From Octopus vulgaris (taxonomy: Eukaryota), in the NCBI GenBank assembly GCA_951406725.2, contig OX597836.1:11842001-11906000 (forward strand): DNA of 64,000 nt. The letters are read 5' to 3'. Positions 1 through 11,970 of the stretch are shown piece by piece (the first letter of the stretch is position 1; each line of letters begins with the position of its first letter). The notes beneath the pieces were generated by a model. That model saw only the letters and a program-made list of their open reading frames with translations, had not been told where the DNA came from and did no database searches. The position numbers were made by a program, and so were the translations under genes.

Positions 1-204
1 TAGTGGTGGTTGTGGTAGTGGTGGTGGTGGTGGTGGTGGTGGTGGTGGTAGTAGTATTAGTAGTAGTAGTAGTAGTAGTAGTGGTAGTAGTTATTGGAAT
101 AAGCCACTCTTTCAAGAAAATAATCTGTTTTTATTTCGTACGTAATTAGACTGATTATGTTTCCGAATACAGAAGCTGTATTTTATGTAATTATTATTAT
201 TATT

Positions 205-400
205 ATTGGCTCAATCGTTAGAGCATCTTTAGCGGCTTTTGTTGCGGGTACTTACATACTGAGTTCAAATCCTGCCCAGGTGAGCTTTGTATTTTATCTT
301 CTCGGTGTCGACAAAATAAGTACCAGTTGAGCACTCTGGATCGATGTTATCGACTGACATCCTCCCCTTTAATTTTCTGGACTTGTACCAAAATTTAAAA
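205..400 (+). mobile_element. Degenerate tRNA-derived SINE, family B (Meta-domain-like core)
   Basis: B-box GAGTTCAAATCC followed by GCTTTGTATTTTATCTTCTCGGTGTCGACAAAATAAGTACCAG, homologous to other family B copies in the window. Confidence 0.7.
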
Positions 401-407
401 CGCCATA

Positions 408-832
408 GGCGCAGGCGTGTCTATGTGGTACGAATCTTGCTTTCCAACCACAGAGCTCCGTGTTCAGTCCCACAGCGTGATACCTTTGGCAATTTTTGGC
501 AAGTATATTCTACCAAAGTCTACAGCCGGCTAAGCGCTTGAGAGTCGATTTGGTAGACGGAAACTGAAAGAAGCCTATCTTGTGTATGCATATTTATGCA
601 TATATATGTGTGTATGTGTGTGTGTGTGTGTTTTGTGTTTGTCCCACGCCATTGCTTGACAACCGGTGCTGGTGTGTTTATGTTCCCGAATTTAGCGGGA
701 CGGAGCCGACAGGATAAGTGCCAGGCTTTAATTATAAGTTCTGTAGTCGATTCCTTCCACACAGCCTTCTTCGAGACGATGCTCCAGAATGGCCGCAGTC
801 TAATGTCTGAAGCAAATAAAGGGATAAAAGAA
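408..832 (+). mobile_element. tRNA-derived SINE, family A (internal TA/TG microsatellite)
   Basis: GGCGCAGG head, GTTCAGTCCCAC B-box, GATTTGGTAGACGGAAACTGAAAGAAGCC core and GCTCCAG..ATGGCCGCAGTC 3' part shared with ~20 copies. Confidence 0.85.
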
Positions 833-882
833 TCAAATCTATTTCAATTCGGTTGAAGAGCCAGACAAAATTTTGGGCGGTA

Positions 883-1086
<204 letters not shown>

Positions 1087-1089
1087 AAT

Positions 1090-1335
1090 TCTTTTATTGG
1101 CCACAAGGGCTGACAAAAATTAATTATAACAAAAAAGGGACAAAATAGGACGAAAGGTTACAAAGGGTTTTGTTCGTTTGTAAAAAACCGTGTAAAAACA
1201 GTGTAACAATCAAGATTTATAACAACGAAAAACTCCCAATAGAGGGAGGCGCTTCGAAATGTTCCTGGTGGAAAAACCCATAAAAGCCAACGGGAGCCTG
1301 GTCAAAAGTGGGGTAGAGAGCCCCTTTCTCCTTTA
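1090..1335 (-). mobile_element. Probable LINE 3' UTR fragment sharing its terminus with the SINE family B tail
   Basis: Minus strand ends ...CAGCCCTTGTGGCCAATAAAAGAA followed by a (TTA)n tail, like the family B tail AGCCCCTTGTGGGTAGTAAAGAAATA. Confidence 0.45.
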
Positions 1336-1369
1336 ATATTACCTTTTCAAAATAATATCAATCCCTTCA

Positions 1370-1978
1370 TGAAATTTTGGTGTGGAGTATGGTTAAACGA
1401 TTGAGTCGATACCAATGGTCAAACAGTATTTATATCACCGACCTCAAAAGGACGGAAGGCGAAGTCGAACTCGGCGGAATTTGACAAACGAAATGCTTCT
1501 AAGACCAACAGACCAACGATAGCAAAGCATTTTGTTCGACGCACTAATGCTTTTACCGTGGGGGCGCAATGGCCCAGTGGTTAGGACAGCGGACTCGCGA
1601 TCATAGGATCGCGGTTTCGATTCCCAGACCGGGCGTTGTGAGTGTTTATTGAGCGAAAACACCTAAAAGCTCCACGAGGCTCCAGCAGGGGATGGTGGTG
1701 ATCCCTGCTGTACTCTTTCACCACAACTTTCTCTCACTCTTACTTCCTGTTTCCGTTGTACCTGTATTTCAAGGGGCCGGCCTTGTCACTCTCTGTGTCA
1801 CGCTGAATATCCCCGAGAACTACGTTAAGGGTGCACGTGTCTGTGGAGTGTTCAGCCACTTTACACGTTAATTTCACGAGCAGGCTGTTCCGTTGATTCG
1901 GATCAACCGGAACCCTCGTCGTCGTAACCGACAGAGTGCTTCCCTCTCCCTTAATGCTTTTACCAATTCACCGCCTTA
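1370..1978 (-). mobile_element. Old SINE family B copy split by a SINE family C insertion
   Basis: GAAGGCGAAGTCGAACTCGGCGGAATTTGA...AAGCATTTTGTTCGACGCACTAATG continues after the insertion as ...AATTCACCGCCTTAA. Confidence 0.7.
1558..1951 (+). mobile_element. Full-length tRNA-derived SINE, family C, with 13-bp TSD
   Basis: A-box TGGCCCAGTGG, B-box GGTTTCGATTCCC; TSD TAATGCTTTTACC at 1545-1557 and 1952-1964; near-identical copy at 22692-23084. Confidence 0.92.
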
Positions 1979-2319
1979 AAGAAACGACTATCATAAACAA
2001 CAAAGTGTTATTATAAGATAACTCTTAATTAATTAATGCCATAAACGGTCAATTAGTCATTCTGTGGTATGGCTGTCACTAATGTCTGTTACTTCCTGTG
2101 TTTGAGTTTGGTTAACTGTAAAGTTCTCTCATCTAGGATAACAAGCATCGGTTTATATACGCTGATATCTGTGATATTTATCAGTTATAGAACATTATTT
2201 GGTGTTTTTCTTAATAGTAATAAGTGTATTTATCAAAGAGTGATAAGATTTGAACAAGTTCGTTGTCAAGAGTAGAAGACGTCAGAGGATGTGAATTAAT
2301 AATGCAAAGGTTTTGTTGG

Positions 2320-2381
2320 GTGCGTGTGACTGTGTGTGTGTGTGTGCGTGTGACTGTGTGTGTGTGTGTGTGTGTGTGTGC

Positions 2382-2448
<67 letters not shown>

Positions 2449-2544
2449 TGTGTAGATATGTCTACGGATAGATTTATGAATATATATATATATATATATA
2501 TATGTTTGTGTGTACATACACACTCACACATACACACACACACG

Positions 2545-2586
<42 letters not shown>

Positions 2587-2824
2587 ATATAACATAATAT
2601 AATATAATATATTCATGTCGGTGTATGTATACATGTAAATATTTATGAATGAGTCTATATATATATATATAAATGTATTGACGTGTATGTACATATATAT
2701 ATATATACACTTATGAATATATATTTATTCATAAATATAGATATACAATATAATATATATATATATGTATGTATGTACATATATATATAGACTTATGAAT
2801 ATATATTTATACATATAGATATAT

Positions 2825-2863
<39 letters not shown>

Positions 2864-2865
2864 TG

Positions 2866-2896
<31 letters not shown>
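2320..2896. repeat. (TG)n/(CA)n/(TA)n compound microsatellite
   Basis: Direct observation. Confidence 0.95.
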
Positions 2897-2897
<1 letters not shown>

Positions 2898-2904
2898 AAT
2901 AGAT

Positions 2905-3544
2905 GACTGTATTCTTCCTTGTTAACAATTAACACGGAAAAAATAGAAAAATAGTTCCCAGGGTAGCAAAAAATCACACAAGTAAAGAGGTCGTAACTCC
3001 TTGTTTTTAAAGTTAGAAACTTCGGGTTTACGAGGAATTTTTTGCATAATATATAAATAAATAAATGGAGTTTAACGCAGGTATAATTCAAATACTTTTA
3101 CTTCCGACACATGTTTCGAAGATATCACTGATATTATTCCAAAGGAATAAATGGTGTAAAACAATGTAATCTTCTTTTCAGGGAAGTGAAGAAATAAAAC
3201 TCGTCAATAAGACATTTTAACAGAAAATGATAGATATGTATAGTGATTTACTGAACGCTATTAATATTGTTTGAAAAAACGTTATATGATATAACGTCAG
3301 AAGTAGCCTATAGAATGAGGAGGGATATTTTTTTAGTGAATATTAAATATAAAAAGAAAATTAATGTTTAAATTATATATAATGATAGAGATTACTTATA
3401 TGGACTAAAGGTGTGTTTTTGCCAATGTTTACATCGGTATGCACGCTCTATAACCGTGTTTACTAGGGGATTTTTAGAAAAAATAATGAAAAATATTTCA
3501 GAATTACAGAGAAGACAGAATTCCTTGCCTTTGTGGTTTATCAT
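2905..3544 (-). mobile_element. Penelope-like element 3' fragment (ORF C-terminus plus pseudo-LTR with hammerhead)
   Basis: Minus 3544-3392 reads MINHKGKEFCLLCNSEIFFIIFSKNPLVNTVIERAYRCKHWQKHTFSPYK*, a CxxC-E...N...C(K/R)H pattern I recognise from PLE C-termini; hammerhead motif 200 bp downstream; abuts (TA)n. Confidence 0.6.
3100..3187 (-). ncRNA. Type I hammerhead ribozyme-like motif (core CUGAAAA, G8A)
   Basis: ACTTCC-CTGAAAA-GAAGAT[long loop]ATCTTC-GAAA-C-ATGT-G-TC-GGAAGT; stems I and II pair; palindromic stem III loop; GUC cleavage triplet. Confidence 0.7.
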
Positions 3545-3904
3545 TGATTTCTACAAATGGGCGACCGTTTTCCCACAAGGAACGCATCATCTTTCAAAAG
3601 GTATTGATTCTAATCCTGCAGGGTGTCCAGACAATCTCCTCACAAGAGTAGAAAGCTACTCAAGTGGGGGAGCCAGTTTAGTCACTAACCACTTCACCGT
3701 GGAACAGGCAGTACTAGTTTAACTGGTACCAGTAGCAGGTCTCGTCAGCCTGTGATGAGATCCCTGACCTGACCTAGAGTTGAGCACTCGGATCAATATA
3801 ATCGACTAGACTAGCCCCTCCCCAAAAATTTCGGGTCTTGATTTTTTTATTAGCCACAAGGGCCCAAATAGAGTGGGACAAACAAGGACACCACAGAGGG
3901 GACA

Positions 3905-4312
3905 GCGGCAAGCTGGCAGAAACATTAGCACGCCGGGCGAAATGCTTAACGGTATTTCGTCTGCTGCTACGTTCTGAGTTCAAATTCCGCCGAGGTCGAC
4001 TTTGCCTTTCATCCTTTCGGGGTCGATAAATTAAGTACCAGTTACGCACTGGGGTCGATGTAATCGACTTAATCCGTTTGTTTGTCCTTGTTTGTCCTCT
4101 CTGTGTTTAGCCCCTTGTGGGTAGTAAAGAAATAGGTATTTCGTCTGCCGCTACGTTCTGAGTTCAAATTCCGCCGAGGTCGACTTTGCCTTTCATCCTT
4201 TCGGGGTCGATAAATTAAGTACCAGTTACGCACTGGGGTCGATGTAATCGACTTAATCCGTTTGTTTGTCCTTGTTTGTCCTCTCTGTGTTTAGCCCCTT
4301 GTGGGTAGTAAA
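3905..4312 (+). mobile_element. SINE family B with 184-bp internal tandem duplication
   Basis: tRNA-like head GGCAAGCTGGCAGAAACATTAGC...GAGTTCAAATTCCGCC; core GTCGACTTTGCCTTTCATCCTTTCGGGGTCGATAAATTAAGTACCAG; unit repeats at 3951 and 4135. Confidence 0.9.
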
Positions 4313-4753
4313 AAAAAAAGTACGAATATGATGAGATGATTATATAACAATGGGGTTATGAATGGCTGCCTGCGCCCCTCATCACATGCATTACCATTAA
4401 TCTTTTTAAACTGTCCGTTTTTATCATGCATTTACACAATCAATTATCATATACCATTACAATCATTTGAACCGCTATACACGCCCTCTAAAACTGTTCT
4501 TCCATTTTTCAATATTATTAAACATAACATAAAACACTTCCTCTTTCTTTTTTTCCTTTTTTCTTCCTTTTACTTTTTTCTTTTCTCTTTTCTTTTTCCT
4601 GTCAATTTAACATATTTACTTTTTAGTAATGTTTCATTAGTGGTTCAATTTCTACTAAATCCACTACTGGTGAAACGATTATTAATTCATTTAATCAATT
4701 CTTTATTGCCTGACACAATGTATCTAGGATTACATTGCCATCTAAGTGTGTTT

Positions 4754-5174
4754 GGATCTTTTCGGTTTGAACGGCAGTTTTTAACAGAATTTCTAGGTAA
4801 CTAAAAAATTTTAAACTTCGTATACTGGTAGAATGTGTTTATAAGACATCTTTTTCTCTTGGCTTTATTGAGAAAATTTTATAGTTTGTAAGATATTTGT
4901 TGTTGTTTTTTTTTTCTTCAATTTCTGCAATTTCAACCAATCTCTGACGTCCATTGAAGTAAACAACATTCTGTGCCATATGAATATGTCCCTCGTTTAA
5001 GAAACAGATTGGGCTTATTTACATTTGTGAAGAAAAAAGATATCCTTCCCCCACCCCTAACTCTAACCCTAAAATAGATTGAAATGCAATAGATCGATAC
5101 TAGGGTCATAATTATGGGTGACGATTTCATATGACACCGCTAGAAAAAAACTGCCGTTCAAACCGGAAAGATCC
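4754..5174. mobile_element. MITE with ~28-bp TIRs and 8-bp TSD (Merlin-like by GG termini)
   Basis: TIR GGATCTTTTCGGTTTGAACGGCAGTTTT / AAAACTGCCGTTCAAACCGGAAAGATCC; TSD GTGTGTTT on both sides; second copy at 26128-26554. Confidence 0.85.
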
Positions 5175-5784
5175 GTGTGTTTTTTTTTTAGCGGGAAGGT
5201 TTCTGTTCATGGATATTTAGCTGTTATTTCTAGCAGTCAAATATCGAATGACCGCGTAAATGCTCGTTTCACAGAATATTCGTATGCCCATGCAGTCTAC
5301 ATTTAAAACGAGAAGGCGGTGGTGGTGATGGCGGCGATGATGGCGGCGCTGGTGGTGGTGGTGGTGGTGGTGGTTGTGGTTGTGGAGGTTGCTTTTGAGC
5401 TTTGAAAATGGCCGACGTTGAAAAGTAGGAAAGCAACATGATCTTTCCGTTTAAATAGCAACAAAAATAAATAAATATTTGGATGAAATACAAACAAAAC
5501 ACAACATACAACACACGATAAAGTGTCAATGAAGTTTATTAATGGTGTCAGTAGGGCAGGGAAATTTATTACTAACAACGTTCACTACCAGTTCTAGTAT
5601 AATGATGACGTTGATAGATCGCTAAACGCTGTCACCGATGAGAACGTAAGAAGAGAGAGTGGAGAGATGGATAGATTAGGGGAGAGGAGGGAGAGGAGGG
5701 AGAGAGGAGGAGAGAGCGACAGGCAGATGGATGTAGTGTGATAGATAGAAAGATATGTATATAGAGAAATGTGGAGAGAGAGAG

Positions 5785-5817
<33 letters not shown>

Positions 5818-5834
5818 TAGACAGACAGACAGAC

Positions 5835-5868
<34 letters not shown>

Positions 5869-5881
5869 GTCAATGCCTGGA

Positions 5882-5926
<45 letters not shown>

Positions 5927-5964
5927 TGATCTTGACATCTAATCACCTTAAGACACTAAAAAAT

Positions 5965-6345
5965 TTTCCTTCTATAGACTCAAGCTTGAAACTGGGGAAA
6001 AGTTTAGTCGATTACTTCCGTCCCCAGTGTTCAACTGGTCCTTATTTTATCGATCCCGAAAGGACGAAAGGCAAGGTTGACCTCGGTGGAATTTGAACTG
6101 CTTCTAAACGTTTTGTTCGACGCGCTTAACCAGTCTGTTTCATCGCTGGCTGATAATCCTTTCTACTTACTAAAGGTACAAGGCGTGAAATTTGGCAGGA
6201 GGGAACTAGTCGATCACATCGACCCCAGTATGCAACTGGTACTTATTTTATTGACCGCGAAAGGATGAAAGGCAAAGTCGACCTCGACGGAATTTATACT
6301 CAGAATGGTAAGACGGACGAAATGCCGCTAAACAATTCTTCGGAA
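5965..6345 (-). mobile_element. Two head-to-tail SINE family B copies
   Basis: Repeated CAACTGGTACTTATTTTAT..GAAAGGATGAAAGGCAAAGTCGACCTCG core. Confidence 0.8.
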
Positions 6346-6487
6346 TCGGGTGTAAGTAACACGTGAATGAAACCTTGGAATTTTGGCCCTTCATAGTGAG
6401 GTGTAGGTCTTTGGGTGGGGTGGGGGATGCCATGAAAGAAATTGATGTGGGATGTGGGACAAAAGATTAAGGAACTTTGGTATAGAA

Positions 6488-6688
6488 CAGTGCTTTTCAA
6501 CCTTTTTGCTGGAGCGGAACCCCAAGGAAACATTCCACTGGCTCGAGGAACCCCTGTGCAATAATTTAATAGTCTTATGCACACATATCTGCACAGGAGA
6601 AATAAAAATTACTGCCGATTTTAGCAGTTTTGTAACTTCTTGCGGAACCCCTGGACTGTACTGGCGGAACCCTGGTTGAAAACCACTG
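6488..6688. mobile_element. hAT-like MITE
   Basis: TIRs CAGTGCTTTTCAACC / GGTTGAAAACCACTG; internal GGAACCCC subterminal repeats; imperfect flanking repeat TATAGAA/CATAGAA. Confidence 0.75.
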
Positions 6689-6705
6689 CATAGAAGATAG
6701 AACGG

Positions 6706-6769
<64 letters not shown>

Positions 6770-6879
6770 ATAAAACGGTAGGATAACAAAAGAAAGAAAG
6801 AGACCTCAATATTATGTAAATAGAGGAAATTTATATATAAAGTAGATGCAGTTGCACTCAATACAGACACAAAATAACT

Positions 6880-7506
6880 GTTTCAAACTTTCACACACGG
6901 GCCAGAAATTATTGGGAGAAAGGATTCAGACCATTGGTAATATATTTTAGGGATCTCGAAACGATAAAAGACAAATTTGACTCCGGTGGTATTTGAACTG
7001 AGGACGTAAAACCGGAAGAAATACCGCAAGCATTTTATCCGAGGCACTTACGGTTCAGCCAGTGTGCCTCTATAATAATAATAATTCTTTCTATTATAGG
7101 CACAAGGCCTGAAATTTTGAGTGAGGGGGGGGGGGCTTATAGACTCCAGTGTTTCACTGATACTTAATTTATCGAAACTGAAAGGATGAAAGGCGAAGTC
7201 GACTCCGGTGGAATTTGAACTCAGGACGTAAAGACGGACGAAATATCAATAAGAATTGTTGGTCCCCCCACCCAGCATGCTAACGATTCCGCTAGCTCGC
7301 CACAATAATGATAATAATCATTTCTACTAAAGGCACAAGGCCTGAATTGTTGGTGGGGGTGGGGAGTAGTCGATTATACTAACCCGTCTTTCACTGGTAC
7401 TTAATTTATCGACTCCGAAAGGATGAAAGGTAAAGTCGACCTCGGCGGAATTTGAACTCAGAATGTAGCAACGGGCGAAATACCGCCAAGCATTTCGTCC
7501 GGCGTG
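6880..7506 (-). mobile_element. Cluster of three head-to-tail SINE family B copies separated by (AAT)n
   Basis: Three repeats of tail (GGCACAAGGCCTGAA), core and tRNA-like head. Confidence 0.8.
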
Positions 7507-7512
7507 TTAGTA

Positions 7513-7567
<55 letters not shown>

Positions 7568-7571
<4 letters not shown>

Positions 7572-8000
7572 CATCTCCTGTGATCATAATATCTCGGCGA
7601 AAGAGTTTGACAAGCTCAGAAAATATAAAGACCTACTCATTGAAATTGAGAAAATGTGGCATCTCAAGGCGGTTACAATACCAGTGATCGTAGGAGCACT
7701 AGGAATGATCAAGAGGGTAACCGAAAATTATATGAGAATGATCCCTGGCTTACCATCCCTGCAAGAAGTGCAAAAGATTGTCTTAACTGGTACATCACAC
7801 GTATTGAGAAGAGCATTGTCGATGTGAGAACTATTACTACCCATGTATTTTAATTTAACTTAAAAAAAAAAAAGATGAACGAACTATTGAGTTTAGTTTA
7901 ATGGCCTACCAATGTATACTATGAGTTTCTTTGCGCTAGGAGTCGGGAAGACACCCGGCAAGAAATGGAAGCAAATTTGAAAGAAGAAAACAAAAGATAA
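7568..8000 (+). mobile_element. 5'-truncated R4/Dong-clade non-LTR retrotransposon (restriction-like endonuclease C-terminus + 3' UTR)
   Basis: ORF ...DHNISAKEFDKLRKYKDLLIEIEKMWHLKAVTIPVIVGALGMI...QKIVLTGTSHVLRRAL is the R4/Dong RLE tail; (AAT)n on both sides. Confidence 0.88.
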
Positions 8001-8001
8001 C

Positions 8002-8047
<46 letters not shown>

Positions 8048-8197
8048 TTAATAATAATAATAATATTAATAATAATAATAGTAATAGTAATAATAATAAT
8101 GATAATAATGATAATAATAATATTATTATTAATAATAATATTAATAATAATAATAATGATAATAATAATAATAATAATGATAATAATAATAATAATG

Positions 8198-8256
<59 letters not shown>

Positions 8257-8270
8257 GATAATAATAATAA
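8001..8270. repeat. Imperfect (AAT)n microsatellite
   Basis: Direct observation. Confidence 0.95.
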
Positions 8271-8441
8271 TCGAAAGAAGGGGGAAAGTCGGAGAGAAAA
8301 TGCTGGGAATGTCAGAATGAAAGCTTTATTTATAAGGTGCAGTCAGAAGATAACATTATTTAGTCTGTGACATTTATAAGGTCGCGACATTTGAGATGAT
8401 GACTTAAAACTTAAAATAATGACAAAAAAACTTTCGCATAG

Positions 8442-8484
<43 letters not shown>

Positions 8485-8802
8485 ACAACAAAGGCAACAT
8501 AAAAACATGCGTAGTAAAAACAATAACGGCAATAACAACAACGACATTGACAACAATAATAAGAATAGAGAGAGAGAGAAAAAAAAATGGAAGATATTAG
8601 AACCATGTATCCACGGCAGTCGACAGTGAAAGGCAAGGAAGGCAAGGCTGTTGAAAAGATATTTGATCTAAAGTATGTTGTTTAATATCACTAAGACACG
8701 TGTGATGGAAAAACTGGTTTGCTGAAACTAAATACTTCCTGTCGAGATATCCGACTGTTAAAAGCGTGTATATATACATACATACATACATACATACATA
8801 CA

Positions 8803-8862
<60 letters not shown>

Positions 8863-8888
8863 TTGCAAAATAGTGGTTTTGTCTCGAA

Positions 8889-8961
<73 letters not shown>

Positions 8962-8965
<4 letters not shown>

Positions 8966-9446
8966 AAATTAGAGAATGGAGAAACATACTTAAATCAGTA
9001 AAACATCAACTATCCGATGATACTAATCCATACTTTAATACACCATTACATATGAGTAAAGGCAATATATAAAATGAAATGAGATATACAGTAATAGTAA
9101 AAGTAAAAAGATAAAGAGATATAAGTAAAAAATTTCAAATATAATATGCAAATAAAACAAAACTGACAGCTGTTTCGGCAGTGAGGACAGTCATACCTCA
9201 GGTTAAATGAGGTATGACTGTCCTCACTGCCGAAACAGCTGTCAGTTTTGTTTTATTTGCATATTATATTTGAAATTTTTTACTTATATCTCTTTATCTT
9301 TTTACTTTTACTATTACTGTATATCTCATTTCATTTTATATATTGCCTTTACTCATATGTAATGGTGTATTAAAGTATGGATTGAGTATCATCGATAGTT
9401 GATGTTTTACTGATTTAAGTATGTTTCTCCATTCTCTAATTTTGTA
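8962..9446. repeat. Near-perfect palindrome, ~239-bp arms with 7-nt loop; probable inverted PLE pseudo-LTR
   Basis: 8962-9200 is the reverse complement of 9208-9446 apart from about two 1-nt indels; right arm continues to ~9622; (TA)n on both sides. Confidence 0.9.
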
Positions 9447-9620
9447 GTATTAATTTACGGTAATATTATTACCTTTACCCATTTAATACAATAGATGAAC
9501 TGATTGCTTGACAATTTTTAACATCTATGTATTATTTTTGTTGGGTACCTATCTAGCAGTATATTGGATATATATTATCCCATGGTGGGTTGAATTTTCA
9601 ACCCCTATCTCATTTTTTAA

Positions 9621-9669
<49 letters not shown>

Positions 9670-10094
9670 AAATAAAACATGCATATATATATACATATAT
9701 GTACGTACCTACCTCTACATGTATATATACACGCATATATGGGTACAGGACACCAAAAAAAACGTCGAACACAATGAGAAACGAAAACATAGACACAAAC
9801 CCAAGGAACTGGACATTTTTCTTAAACAACAAAAAAATAGAGTACAGGACAAATAACACAAGGAAAAAACCCCTTCTTCAGTCTCCATGGTTTCATATAT
9901 ATACTCTTTTACTTATTTCAGTCATTTGACTGTGGCCATGCTGGAGCACTGCTTTTGGTCGAGCACATCGACCTCAGGACTTATTCTTTGGAAGCCTAGT
10001 ACTTATTCTATCGGGTTCTTACTGGTCAGACCATATGGGGTCTACCTCTAGCATAATAGATGCCCACTTAGTGGTCATCCCCCTTATATGCTTG

Positions 10095-10149
<55 letters not shown>

Positions 10150-10151
<2 letters not shown>

Positions 10152-10495
10152 TGCAGGAGCGGCTTTGTGGTAATAAGCTAGCTGCCCAACCACAAGGTTC
10201 CGGGTTCAGTCCCACAACGTGACACCTTGAGCGAGTGTCTTCTGGTTATAGCCTCGGTTCGACGAAAACCTTGTAAGTGGATTTGGTAGATGGAAGCTAA
10301 AAGAAGCCATTCGTATATATTTATATATGTATATGTATGTATTTGAGTGTCTGTGTTTGTCCTCCACCATCGCTTGACAACCGATGATGTGTTTACGTCT
10401 CCGTCACTAAGTGGTTCGGCAAAAGGGACCGATAGGATAAGTACTAGGCTTACAAAGAATAAGTCCTGGCGGTTCTCCAGCATGGTCGCAGTCAA
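10150..10495 (+). mobile_element. SINE family A
   Basis: Head, core and 3' motifs as in other copies. Confidence 0.85.
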
Positions 10496-10533
10496 ACGGA
10501 CAGACGGATACGCGGATAGACAGACGGACAGAC

Positions 10534-10612
<79 letters not shown>

Positions 10613-11380
10613 CAGAAATAAAACCGGAAAGTTTGGTTAAGCCCGGTCTTATGAATTCCTGGGCCTAAGTCTAAGTAATTCAACTGTCTTCATCTAGCAG
10701 CACACCAGCGTGCCTCGCGTGCGGGGTGTGTGTAGGGCTGCTTAACAGTCATTGACCTTTAATTTGATCGACTAAGGCCAATGGCTGTTAAACGTCTGAT
10801 CTGACTTCGGTTTTAATAACAAGAACCAAAGAAAATTCAGCTGAAAATCACTACCGCAGCCGCCGCCAGTAGCGGTAGTGGTGGTAGTGGTGGTGATGGT
10901 GGTGGTGGTGGTGGTGGTGGTGGTGGTGGTCATCATCGTCGTAATCGTTGTCATGGTTGTCGTCGTGGTTAGTGGTTTCGGGTCGGGCTGGGGTCCGTTG
11001 GTGATAAGTGTTTGCATTCAGGTCGTAGAGAGAAAATGAAAAATGAACGCCTGAAAGTCGTCTGATGCAAACTTCGGCAACACACTCAGACAAGTCAGCT
11101 GTTGTACTTCTCATATATACAAAACCATTGAAAAGGACCCAGCAAATCAAGAGGACATGCTTAGAACAGCCAAAATGTAAAATGCTTATTGGCAATTCCA
11201 ATTCTTCTAAGAGACCAGCTGTTATAAATCCACTGTTGCGCTTCCTCAACATGTCATGGTTAACTAATGCATGGAATGCGAGATTAAACACGTTCATAAC
11301 GATACGGAATTATTCTTTTATTCGTTTTCTTTTTCAAATAAAACACTCGACATACCTCTCCGTATACAAATATATATATT

Positions 11381-11487
<107 letters not shown>

Positions 11488-11499
11488 ATACGAGTATAA

Positions 11500-11871
11500 A
11501 TATAATTAGGTTTCAGCAAAGATTTGCTTTACTACATGCCGAAGTTTAGAAATAGCAGCCAAAGACCCTTAGCTATTTCTTCTATTATAAGAAGAGACTC
11601 CCGGACAAAACAAAATACTCGAAATAACCCACGCAGACAGAGAGGAAAAAATATCGAAATTCACTCGGTATTTGATTACCTGTGGACGCGTTTCGGAATT
11701 CGATCGGTATGAAGAATGTAAAACTCATACTTCACCCAAACATTTTCCTCTTCAGCACAGGATTCCACGATATAAAATTTGAGAGCACTGGAAAAATTGA
11801 ACATACCAATCCAATTCAAAACAGTATCAAACAGATCATATTCAACGTCCAGTACCGACGAATTCAAAACA

Positions 11872-11876
<5 letters not shown>
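11500..11876 (-). mobile_element. Non-coding hammerhead-bearing element (PLE pseudo-LTR/retrozyme-like) inside (TA)n
   Basis: Complex ~375-bp sequence between two long (TA)n tracts, containing a canonical hammerhead. Confidence 0.65.
11679..11761 (-). ncRNA. Canonical-core type I hammerhead ribozyme
   Basis: CCTGTG-CTGAAGA-GGAA[extended loop]TTCC-GAAA-CGCG-TC-CACAGG: 6-bp stem I, 4-bp stem II, palindromic ACGCGT stem III, GUC triplet. Confidence 0.85.
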
Positions 11877-11945
<69 letters not shown>

Positions 11946-11970
11946 ATTGCAGGGTGGAAGGTGTTTGTGA

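Noticed and set aside
1558-1635. Possible tRNA gene (also the heads of SINE A, B and D)
   Set aside because: A and B boxes are present but run straight into SINE bodies, with a TSD around this copy; no full cloverleaf or terminator.
3700-3760. Minus-strand CAGG-CTGACGA-GACC...TTAAACTAGTA hammerhead-like string
   Set aside because: No GAAA after stem II and the stem I register does not fit; insufficient support.
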